A stretch of DNA of 64,000 nt from Vitrella brassicaformis CCMP3155 (Eukaryota; Protista; Chromerida): the NCBI GenBank assembly GCA_001179505.1, contig CDMY01000374.1:31439-95438 (forward strand). Reading direction: 5' to 3'. Of this stretch, positions 49,990-61,313 are shown one piece after another. The number at the start of each line of letters is the position of its first letter. Within the stretch, counting starts at the first letter, position 1. Position numbers and translations under genes: made by a program. A model generated the notes under the pieces. The model worked only from the letters and a program-made list of their open reading frames with translations, had not been told where the DNA came from and searched no databases.

Positions 49990-52900
49990 ATGCTCCTTCT
50001 TTTCCTTGCGCTGTTCGCTGGCGCCCAGCAAGGGACAGGTACAAGCAATAATGCTGAAGTACTGCAGCCAATTGAACCCAGCTGTTTTTGGTTGTTCTTC
50101 TCAGATGCTGTCCCGGACGTTGAGGGCCATGTGTGCACTCCCTTTCAGGAATGCGTGTTGAGCCTCAATGGGACAGGTGCGACAGACAAACAGGTCACAG
50201 GCATGATTGTTCCTGAGGTTCAATTCTCTTTTTCAGATCTGGACCAAATCAACTCTATTGTGGTGTCCAAGAGGAGTGCTGGCAGCCCATGTGCTCCGCC
50301 AGTCAGAGTGGCCGTCCCATACGATGGCATCCTGTTGCCCACCAACGACGAAGGCTCTGAATATGACCCGCTGAAGATCCTCTCAAGTAATATTCTCACG
50401 GGGGACGCAGTCGGCGTCTATGATCTCTGCTGGTGAGTCCCCAAGTCACGAAGGCACAGGAGGGCGGATTGACTTGCTGCTTTCAGGTGTGCCGGGAACG
50501 TCACTTTCTGCCCCTTTTGGTCGAAGGCCGGAATCCCGAGCTTCGACACGTTTGTCGGAAATCTCACAGTGCGGGGTGAGGAGTGATGCAACGCGCTCGA
50601 TTCCCTCCCCCTTTGTCACAAGCAGGCCCCGATAAGACAGCCACCTACCAGTGCAGTGCCACAACGGACTGCTCCATTATCATCGAAGGAATCGGTACAT
50701 ACATCCGTTCGAAATGCAAGTCCATCGACTCGTGTGTCTCCATCGAGCTGTCTGCAGCTTTAGACCAGAATGACACTATTCTGCTGTCGGCGACCCCATG
50801 TGACAACGCGACTGAAGTCAGCTTTCCCGGCCTGTTTGGGTGGGGTCAGGACCTGGCCACCGCCATTGCTGGCGGAACACCCAACTCACAGACCTATGAA
50901 ATAGGCAGCAAAAGGCCGCGACTCGCAGGCGCATTCCACCTCTGCTGGTGAAGTGGGCGATCGGGCACGGCCTTCGCAGGAAGGGGACCTGTGTGGGTTT
51001 GTGCGTGTGTAGGTGCGGATACAAAGACGATTTGTCGGCGGAGTGTTCCTTTCCTAGTGACAGCGGTTTGTTCAAAGTCCCTGCAGGTCGTCTGACTGTG
51101 AATGGTATGCCACATGCATGTGAGGAGAGACACGAAGGAATGCACTGGGTGCAATCAGGCCCTCTGTACCGGGACTGGGCCTGCGCCGCCGGAAAGCAGT
51201 GCATAATCAATGTGGAGGGCATAGGTACACATGCTCAAGTTCCGTCCTCGCTGTCTGTTCTCGTTTGTTAACGTCTGTCTGCCTGTCTGTCTGTCTGTCT
51301 GTCTGTGAATTGCACAGGTCTGGCCGATGGAGACACGATGGTGGTTTCCCCAACAAACTGCACCAATATCACCGTTGTGGAGAACTCCACCACATTGGCG
51401 TCGGGCGGGAGCGGAGAGACGTATGACTTCGGACGGTATGACCCACAGATACTCACAAGAGCACAGAAGGGCACTGTTTGGTTTACTTTCATTTCGGCAG
51501 GCCCCTTTATATGGGACTTGATCCACTGTACCTGTGTTGGTCAGCCAAACGAGTGAAATCCTCCAGCTGCTCAGCAGTCTCGCTGCCGTCTATCTTTCCG
51601 TGCAGGTGTCCAAAGGGGGCTGCATGCGATTCAGAGTTGAATTTTGGGATCGAAGCAGGCACAATCACTGTCAGTGGTACGTGCAGAAGATGCAACCGTG
51701 CCCACCATTGCATACTTTACGTGTCTCTTGTCTGTGTGGACAGGGCCTGATGGCAATGCAGATATCACATGCGTCGCTGGCCGAAATTGCACCGTCACAA
51801 TTGCAGGCACAGGTGTGAATTCACACACAGAAAGTGGATCCACTCATCAGCGGTAGCATTCATTACTCGCTTCGAATTCTGCTGCCCGCTTGCAGGTCTG
51901 ACGGACGGCGACACGATGCTGCTTTCTGCTGGCGGCTGCGCATCGCCAACGAAAAACTATTTTGGTGGAGCCGACTTGGTTGACGTCGCAACAGCATCTG
52001 GAGGGGATGGGCTCACATATGAGTTCGGCATCGCCAAGCAGGGCGTCGCAAGCCTCTCGCTGTGTTGGTATGTGTGTTTGTAGGGGCACGAGTCTGCTGC
52101 TGGGCGGGTGGATGCTTGTATCTGTGCATATCTAATGTGTGTGTGTGCAGGTGTAAAGGCCCGTGCGATCCAGATGCACGACCAGGGGACTTCATCGCTG
52201 AAGCTGGCAGCCTGACAATTTACGGTACTCATGAGAATGGGCGAGAATGCTGCTCGGTGGGATGGTGACGCCACACTCATTGAATGCTTGTCTTCACAAA
52301 AATACAGGGCCGAGTGGCACTGACGATATTGTCTGTATTGTCCGGCAAGACTGTCCCATCTCCGTCACAGGGACTGGTAGGCGGCCTTGATTGGCATCAG
52401 CGTGTCATGGCTGGACTTGTGTCTCGGTGGACGTCCAGGGCTGCACGAGCTGGACAGTATCCTGGTGTCTGCGACGTCATGTGACAGCCCGACCGAGGTC
52501 AGCCCTGACGGTCTCTTCGGGGCCAGTCAGGACGTCGCGATCGCCATTAGCGGATCGGCAAACTCAAGAACCTATGAAATCGGCAACAAAAGACCGAGAA
52601 GAGAAGGGGATTTCTTCCTCTGCTGGTAACAGAGAATCGCGCAGGCACAGATAAGGCATACAGGCATGTGGTACCACGGGTTGTGCAGGTGCGGATATCA
52701 GACGTTCGAGTCGATGACCACACCATTTCCTCCTCCTGAGGCGTGTGACCATGACGACCCAACTCTCTTCACCGTGCCAGCCGGCATGCTTGTTGTTCAA
52801 AGTGAGTCAGACGACCTATGTGAGATTGAGGTGCCGCATTCAACCCCCTTGCTGTCTATGTCGTGCGTCAGATGATATTTCCGAGTTCTTGGCAGCTGGT

Positions 52901-55900
52901 CACATTAGGATCGAAAACCCAGAGGGACAGACGGAGGACATTACTGTGGTTTGCCGCATGCCGGCGGCCACGACAGTGACTTGTTCGCGTGCCAGGTATG
53001 GCAAGCGGATCACGCTGACAGAGGGCAGCCCCATAACCGATGTCGAGGGCACGAGCTTTGATGATGTGCTGAGGGGCAACTCACGGGCCAACACGCTTAC
53101 CGGCGCGGCGGGGAATGATGTCATTGTCACTGGAGGCGGCTTGGACGGTGAGTTGACGCGTACCCACCCATACACAGAGACACTTGCTCCCCTCGTCCCT
53201 TCGTGTGTTGGTTCAGTGTTGATCGGCAATGCGGGAGCAGACACTTTGTGAGTCAGCCCACTCACCCTCTCTGTGTGCGTGTGATTATAGCATACCCTTC
53301 CTCTGCCTGTCCTGTCTTCAGTGTGATATCTAACGTGGCTGGAGACGTGACCGTGCCATCATTCGACAGAGGGTCTGGCAGCAATGATGTGCTGGACCTC
53401 AGTGCCTTCAGGGACATCACGAGCATGTTAGCCCTCATGTCTCGCGTCAGCAACGGTAAGAGGTATGGCTGAGCGGGGAACCCATCTCGTCTCCTCTCTC
53501 TCTGCCTCCGAACAATGATCGCCAGGTAGTGTCGTTATCCAAATGGCGCCGGGGCGATCAGTCACCGTCGCTGACCTCACGCCAGCCGACCTGAAGCCGA
53601 GCTATTTCGCTTTCGCATCCCCCGAAGACAAAGAAGACGACCGGGACTGCGACTCAGCCTGGTTTATACTTTGGGGACTCTCTTCAAACAAGCGAGCTTG
53701 GTGCGTCGAGACGTGGGCGTCTATTGCCATCCTGGCTGGCGCGACGGTGCTCATATTGGTCGGTGTGTGTTGTGGCTGCTGGTGGTGCCGCTCTCCGGAG
53801 GGCCGCGAGAGACTAGCTGACCGATGTCTGAGGTGTCTGTGTATGAGGCCGGGGCCACAACCCGAACCCGTCGAGCCATCCGAACCCTCAGTGAGGACTG
53901 AGAGGGAGGAATTCATCGAAACGAGACTCAAAGAGAGGTGCGCTCGCATGAGACACTGCATACATCGGCTGGGTCTGTCTGATCGATCGTGCTGCAGGAC
54001 TGTCGTGAGAGCTATTCCCTTGGCACAAGGTACACACACACAGTAGGCAGCGGATGACAGGAACACACGGGACACCGACAGAGAGAAGGACTTGATGTTA
54101 CACAGACATCTTCGGGTTGGCCTGGATAGCCCGCTACGGCGCCTACGCGGTGAGGCGGTACCTCCCTGACACGACGGTGATGTGTGTCTCTCGATGTCTC
54201 CTTTCTTATGTTTGTTGGCAGGTGGTCCCCGGCATAAGAATGAAGGGGTGGGTGACTCACTGCATGGAAACACACACGTCGAATGGAATTTATGGCCACC
54301 TATCGTTTCATCACCTGTCTGCCCCCGTGTGTTCGCTTTCTCCCTGTCTGTCTGTCTGTATGTATGTATGTGTGCAGGCAATTTAAGGTTAAGATCAGCA
54401 AAATGTTTCCCCTCATCCTCTGCCTTGTGGCGTTGGTTCTGCAAGTTGTGGCCTACGAAGCCCTCTTTGATGTCAATAAGACCAGCGATTACATCGTCAG
54501 ATTATTCAAAGCCAGGTCAGTCACGGTCAAGGAATAAACAGAGCACAACCACCCAGTTGCCCATTTGCGTGTCTCTGTCTCCTTTTCTTTCAGGGAGATC
54601 GAGGAGCTGGCTGATGTGCTCAAAGAGGGATTCGACGACTCAACGGAGAATCCCTTTGACGCGAGGTTCATCGCAGTCTATATCTTCACTTCCTTTGCAC
54701 TGTCGGCTTTGGCCAATCGGCTGCGTATCATCGAGCTGTGGCTGTTGGAGCACCGGCTTGTGTGGTGCGCTGACCCAGCTATGATGGGACGACACTTGTA
54801 AGCGAATCTGAGAGTGATTTCAATTGTCACATGACTACATGTGTGTCCCTCCGTGGCTGACCGGCTAAACTGCAGCTATCTGGTGCTCGGTGATTGCCAC
54901 CCTAATTTCACCCAGGAGCAGCTCGCCCAGCTAGATATTGCCAACGTAGGCACGCCAACGAATGGTCATGTGTTCTGGGTCTATCTCTGTGTGTCTATGG
55001 TGCCTCCCTGCAGGTGTGGGAGTGGATGACGGGTTTTCTGTGCCTTGCTCTAAACGTAGTGGAGGTGCTGTGGCTCTTCTTGTTCACCTACAGCGCCGTG
55101 GAAGTCATCATTCGCACGATTGAGATACCAGTACGCATAACTGCCGGGCTCATCTGCATGCATGGTGATTGTGGATTGTCGTCTTTGGCTTTTCGCCGCA
55201 GGAAATATTTGTGATCACTGTCATTCGTGAGTGAATGCTCTGGTGGATTGTAGGTCATGTGCGTATATGAATGCGCACATGTATTGTTTGCGTTTCAGGA
55301 ATTCTGGTCGTCGCGTATCTCGACAGAGCCGTCCTGCACCTGTTCACAAGCTTCTTCGACATGATCATTGCCCCCCGGTGCTGGCTCTTCCAGATTGTTG
55401 CGTCAATCGAGAAGATGGCAGAGGCCCTACAGAGACGCAAGAGCACCCAGGGCAAGCTGTGGTTCTGTTTCGGTGCCTCTTTCGATGTCGTATTCGGTAT
55501 CATCTTCAGGTGGAGCTCAGCAGACAGGCGATTTTGTCCATCACAATTCATTGTACATTGAGACTCATCTCATGCAGGATCTTTCTGCGGCTCCCCGTCG
55601 GCCTCATGTTTGCCGTCGCCATGTCCCCATTCATACGCTTGGGCGCGGCTAAGCTGCCAGACCAATACTCCTTCATTCCCTCCTTCATTTCCGACCTGCT
55701 CGGCTGGGGGATGCTGGCCGCCATTGTGCTCTTCGGGCTGCTCACTCCGTTCATCAACAGAACATGTAATTGAGGCAGGCCAACAACTGCATGGGCGATT
55801 CTTGGTGTCTCCGTCGTGACTGTGTATTTATAGTTGGCCACGTGACGAGATTGGGAAAGAGAGAGTTCGTCGATGACGGCGACCTTAAGGTTGGGACACA

Positions 55901-56489
55901 CACAGGGTGACCACAAGGACGTGTACTGTGTGATGGATGCAATTTCTGCAGAAGAATTTCGACAGCCTGATGACCCCGAGGAGTTTGATGACCCCAAGGT
56001 CTGTCAAACCTCAAGAAGACGATAACGTCTCGGTCAAGAGCGGCAAGAGCAGCAAGAGTGCAAAGAGCAGTAAGAGTGGCAAGAGCAAGAGGAATCGGCC
56101 GCCGAGCGACGCCAAGGAGAGGGCAAGTGAAGGGTCCATCACAGCGCAGCCCGCCAAACCGAAGACCACCACGATCATCAGTATGCGCAGTTTTTGGTAC
56201 CTCTGTGGGCTATCCAAATGCACTCGCCACTTTCTCCCTGTGTCGCTATGTGTATGTGTGCAGTCACCGAAGGCACGTCGTCTGTGACACAGGGACAGAG
56301 ACATGGACTTATGGATTGGTGTGTGTATGTGTCTTCTTTGTTTCAGATACCCGGATTGAGGCAGCGATTGAAAATTTGTTTTCTGCTGCTCTCCCTGCTG
56401 CTGCGCCAGCATTGGCCGCCGGTCCAAGTAGGGCAGAGGCCGGTCCAGACATATTCGATATCGAGTCATCAAGCAGTGGGAGCGACTGA
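49990..56489 (+). CDS. Large surface/membrane protein: signal peptide, five Cys-rich LCWC repeats, RTX Ca-binding module, TM helix and (if spliced through) about six further TM helices
   Basis: MLLLFLALFAGA signal, five repeats ending LCW-C, GTSFDDVLRGNSRANTLTGAAGNDVIVTGGGLDVLIGNAGADTF, DVLDLSAF..VVIQ..SVTVADL..YFAF, and TM WASIAILAGATVLILVGVCCGCWWC. The donor GCG/gtgagg near 54148 and an intron of about 54249-54377 join it in frame to the polytopic exons 54378-55770. An alternative model stops at TAA 54235-54237 with a separate membrane gene downstream. Confidence 0.72.
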
Positions 56490-58094
56490 GAGTGTGTCAG
56501 ACAGGCTTAGTGACTTCATGTTCTGGCTAGGAACTTGCTGTATTGGTGGATTTGGGTACGCCTGTGTGTGCAAGGGGATAGGAGGGGAGGATACGTGCCA
56601 CTTGAGCCGACAATCACAGTAAAGAGCACATACTGGATCATATGCGCATTCACATGCGTCCATCAGCTCAACCATCGACTGTCGAAATATAAATATGATA
56701 CATGATCACAGACACAGACACATCAGTGGCAACACAAGAGGAAGGTTCCACACATAGACACACATCCAGACACACACGTGAACGCAGACACACGTGTACG
56801 TCTGTCTTTCTGGTGTGCAGATGGCCAGCTGGTGAGTGAGTGTGTCCTCCTGTGGCGCCAGCCCTTCTCATCGACACAGACACGGTGGTGCAGCACATCA
56901 GAGGTACGTAAGCACACACTCACACACAGGGAATGCCGACACGATGTCTGTGTTAGGTGCGGCTCTCTCTCTCTCGCCTCTCTGCGTGTGATTCCTTTTC
57001 GTCCCTCTCCCGTATCGGCCCAAGAACCCAACCATAAACTGTCTGCCTTCCAGTGAATCACACGCGTGCACGCAAGCAGGTCATGTAGGTAGAGGAGGGG
57101 TCTGTCTGTGGTCATGTGTGAGTGTGTGTGACTGTGTGTGTGGTGTGATGACGGACTTTGCGGCCTGCAGCACATACAGTTTGATGATCGTCATGGAACT
57201 GGGTGCGTGCCGGGCAATTCGCTCTCTTACTTGGTTTTGTCTCGGTGATGGAAAGAAGTGCTTGGTTCTCTCAAAAACCGTCTGTGCGAAGGAGGTGATT
57301 GATGGCGCATAGGAAAGCTAAGCACACCCTGACAACCTGATCGATCGATCGACTGACTCAGCCACATGTTCAATCAATGGGATGAGATCAATCCACGGCC
57401 GTCACCCGCGGCACACACACACAGGCAGACACACTCCACCACACAATCACCTCGAGAGAGAGAGTTATGGCCGGCACGTGAGTCAGCCAGGCAGCCAAAC
57501 ACACTCACACATCGGCCGGGGCGTCACATCAAAATCGGCGGGCAGCCGACCGGACCGCACCAGGCGTACTCACACCCACACCCACAGGCAGCCAGCCATT
57601 GGGTCACACAGCAGCAGCAGCAGCAGCTGGTCCACACAGTGGGCGGTGAGCGATGTGCCCTGAAGAACAAACCGATCGGCGACAGAGATAAATGACAACA
57701 GCCAGCACCCAACTTGAGATGCCTTCCTGATAACACACACACACACAGAGGGCAGGGCGGCACTCCGCCACATGGTGACAGAGGGGATGTATCGCTGCGC
57801 ACCCACCAGTGCGTGTTGGCTGATGGATCGGTCAGCCGCCGCTCTCCGCCTCAGCTGCGCCACCCTCACCTGCCGAAGGCACAACACACACACACACACA
57901 CAGCCATGACTGTAATGGAGGTCGACGTGGGGGCCTCTTTCGTGTCTGCGGCTGTGTACCTCCATCGCCTTCTCCACTGCCGTCATCCACACCATCAATC
58001 TCATCACCGCCACCATCGCCAGAATCTATGCCACACACACAGAGAGACAGAGGGCATGTCATCCGTCCCTCCATGCGTGTGTGTGTCCGTACCG

Positions 58095-59525
58095 TCATTG
58101 CTGTTGTTCCTGCTGCTGTTGCTGCTGCTGCTGTTGCTGTTGCTGCTGCTGCTGTTGCTGCTGTTGCTGCTGCTGCTGTTGTTGTTGTCCGTCGAATATG
58201 AATGGCGCCGCCGCCCCCAACGCCACGCGAGCCAGCTGAGTGGTCACCGGGAAGCGGTGTTTAAAGGCGGCACCCTCACACGCAGCCGCCTTAGTCGTCA
58301 CGACACGCACATTTACTGCAGACAAGGAAAAGAAAAACTTGATGACAATTGATCAGCAATCAAGACTCCCTTCCTCTCTGTCATTCTCACCGGTGTTGTT
58401 TCCAAGTGTCCCACCGGTGTTGTTTTCAAGTGTCCGAATCTCAACCCATGCGACGAAGGGGTGGCTACTGTTGGTGAGCATCAGCCATCGCTTACGACCG
58501 TCCTGGCTGAATGTGGTGCTGCATCCGGCCACCGGTCTGTGGGGCGATTCACTGAGCAGATCGTCCACACGGCCGCCACCGATACCCCTGAAGAGACAGT
58601 GACAAATGGCTCATGGTAATGTGCCCGACCCGACCTCATTAATGTCGTTGGTGTGGTACCTGTTGAGTGTAGTGAAGGTACTGTTGCTCTGGCCGAGGTG
58701 AGTCAGGTGGAAGTGGTTGAGGATCTTGTCCTTGGCAAATGCCGATAATGACGCATCGGTGAATTTGCCATGGAATGACGTCCATCGGCGGCCGCCGCGG
58801 AGGATCCAGTAATAGAAGTTCCGGCTGCGCACCGGTGGGTCGTGTGGCTGTCTTTGCTGTTGGTACAGATGGTCGGCAGGGAGGGGCGGGTCGACCTCCA
58901 GCTCGAAGCCGGGCTCGTCGTTGATGGCCCGCCACTGATTGCCGTCCCGGAACAGCTGCAGGCAGCTGCCGTCACGGCAGTGGAGGTGGCGGCCGACAAT
59001 CTTGAGCTGCGCCAACACACGGGGAGCCGACACATACGCCTACACACACACAGACACACACAGACAAACAGAGAGAAGAGGCCCTCTCTCTCTGTCCCCT
59101 CCCCGCCCGTCTGTTTGCCGGCTCACCGTTATGTTTGCATGTGTGTTGATGTCATCGGCTGTGAGGATGACAGGCAGCTCACAGTTCCCGCACTGCCCCG
59201 CCAGCTCAATCACCTCGGCCATCTCGCCCCAGCACCCCTCCTCCACCACACACACAGCCGCCAGCAGATCATGTGTGCCGAACTGGTCGTCGTCGAACCG
59301 CAGCCACTGCACTTGCTGCCCATTCACATTCGCCCGCGGCAGCCCCGCCTGTGAGCCCACCAAGTGGCTGAGCCGATCTCTCAGCTGGGCCGCGTCGAAG
59401 AGATCTACGAGCCAGGTGGAGGTGGCCCTCAGCCGCACGACGTCCTTGACGCTGAGGAGGTAGCGGCTCCTCCGGCCCACACACACATATGACACGGGGT
59501 GCTGCTGCTGCTCGTGGTGCTGCAT
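58095..59525 (-). CDS. Lineage-specific hypothetical protein with a C-terminal poly-Gln tract
   Basis: About 4 exons with good GT-AG sites: LLSVKDVVRLRATS, FDDDQFG..DLLAAVCVVEEG.W.E, LPV.L..D, and HRFPVTTQLARVALG followed by about 30 Gln. It resembles expanded Vitrella hypothetical families (recollection, not searched). Confidence 0.72.
58098..58187 (-). repeat. (CAG/CAA)n trinucleotide tract, coding poly-Q
   Basis: Continuous ctg/ttg triplets on the + strand. Confidence 0.9.
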
Positions 59526-60370
59526 GGGATGGATGGGCCAAGACGGTCAGATGAGTGAGGCGGTGGTCGACGAGAGGCTGGACAGATCGACAGAGCCGAC
59601 AGACAGAGGATTGTGTCCATTAAGCACGCTGCTCACAGATCTGTGTGCTGCTCACCTCATTCGATGCTCAGATAGACAGATCAGAGAGGTCAATGAGCTA
59701 CCACCACCACCACCACCATCACCAGCGGCAGGAGAGGAGGCCGCCATCGCTCCTAAGCCACACTGCACCGCTGGGCCGACAGACACACAGAGAGAGAGGC
59801 ACACAGACAGACAGACAGACAGAGCAGGCAGACAGACAGAAAGGCCAACGCATTCATTGAGGTGAGTGGATGAGCGCATCGGTCAGTGAGTGTTGGGCCT
59901 CCCTCACCTCCGATGTCTGTCAGCTCAACGGCCCGCCACCCACAGCAGCAGTCAAGCAGCAGTCGAGAGGACGACTGACTGACTCGAGGGACTCTTCTCG
60001 CCCTCTTGTCGGCCGAGTGCCTCACTCTCGCAACGCACAGCTGTCCGACAATTAAGGCGCACAAACGCCGCACTTTGGCCTCTCATGGCGTGGGGCTACA
60101 GGGTAACAAACCCTTTGACCCCTCGTCAAACCCTCCGGCTCCTTCGGCTCGGTGCGACAGACGGTGCGTCGCGGTGCGGACAGACGGCTGTGTGCTGAGA
60201 TCTGTCTGTCTGTCGTCCTTTGACGTCCACTTTGCCTTAATATCAGCTGAGGTCGGCGACACAGACGCACACACGTGGCGAGTCAGTCAGGTCAGTCAGG
60301 TGAGTGAGGGACGCCTCGAGCATCGCCACAATGTGAGACGGCCGCTCTGCTATGTGTGCTGTGCTGCAGA

Positions 60371-60404
<34 letters not shown>

Positions 60405-60406
60405 CA

Positions 60407-61313
60407 GGTGTGGTTGTCTGGCTGAGTGGCCGACTGCCTCGCTTGGAGGGGTCTCTCGCCGCTTGGAGATGGGTTCGTGTTATACCACACTACGCGGGTA
60501 TATACGGCGCTGGTGGCGCAACCGTTGCGTGAAAAGGAGCACGCTGGTCGCTCTCCGGCTAAGGGTGTTCCGCGGTATCTGCGCCGTGTATGGAACGGTC
60601 CCAGAATGGGCGTTCAGCATCCCAGACCTCCCTTACGTACGTAACACGAAGAGGGAGTGAGAGAGAGAGCGACACATACGTACCTACCGCTGATTGTGGC
60701 CGGTTGGCCATCCTTGGCGCTGTGTCTGTGTCTGTCTGTGTCTGTAGGGGTGTGTGTGTGTGCAGGTGCAGCTATGCGCGGTGGCGAAGCACCTCGGAGA
60801 GAACGGGGACCTGGCGGACGACCAAGCCAAAGAGGCGTTCAGTGCTGCGGTAAGCTTATGTCAACCCCGACAGACAGGGCAAACAGGCCGACAGGAGAAT
60901 GTGTATTTATGTCGTATGTGTGTTGTGTGTGCGCAGGTGGTCCGCATGTCGTGCCAAGTTCGGTTCATGCGTGTGTGGTGGGCCAGCGCCATTCGGGGAG
61001 AAGCATTCGGCCAGTACGCAGCCGCACTCGCCCGCCCCATGCGCAAGTGTCAATGCTGGCGCTTACTTGTGTCTGTGTGTGTGTGTGCTTATGCATTCAT
61101 CTCATCCATCCAAACAGGGAAATGGAGAAGAAGACGCTGCCGAAACCGCCCCACTACCCCTACATCCTCAATCGCCCCCCATCGGAGGCCATTGTAATAT
61201 GTAGAGGGAATGGCCAGGCCAGCACACCTGCCGGCGATACACTGGCGTCACCAGGCCAGGTCGAGGACGCGTCAGTTGGAATGGGTCTTCACGAAAAACA
61301 AGTGACGCGTTAG
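60407..61313 (+). CDS. Hypothetical protein, the last gene before the telomere (5' end unresolved)
   Basis: Four exons join in frame through canonical sites: ..VYGTVPEWAFSIPDLPY / VQLCAVAKHLGENGDL..SAA / VVRMSCQVRFMRVWW..PMR / KEMEKKTLPKPPHYPYILNRPP..-TAG. Confidence 0.5.

Noticed and set aside
53040-53610. Bacterial contamination as the source of the RTX segment
   Set aside because: Spliceosomal introns interrupt the module, and it is in frame with eukaryotic exons on both sides.
59540-60400. 5' exons of the last + strand gene starting at ATG 59551
   Set aside because: I could not build an in-frame splice chain, and the ATG would be only 25 nt from the divergent ATG at 59525.
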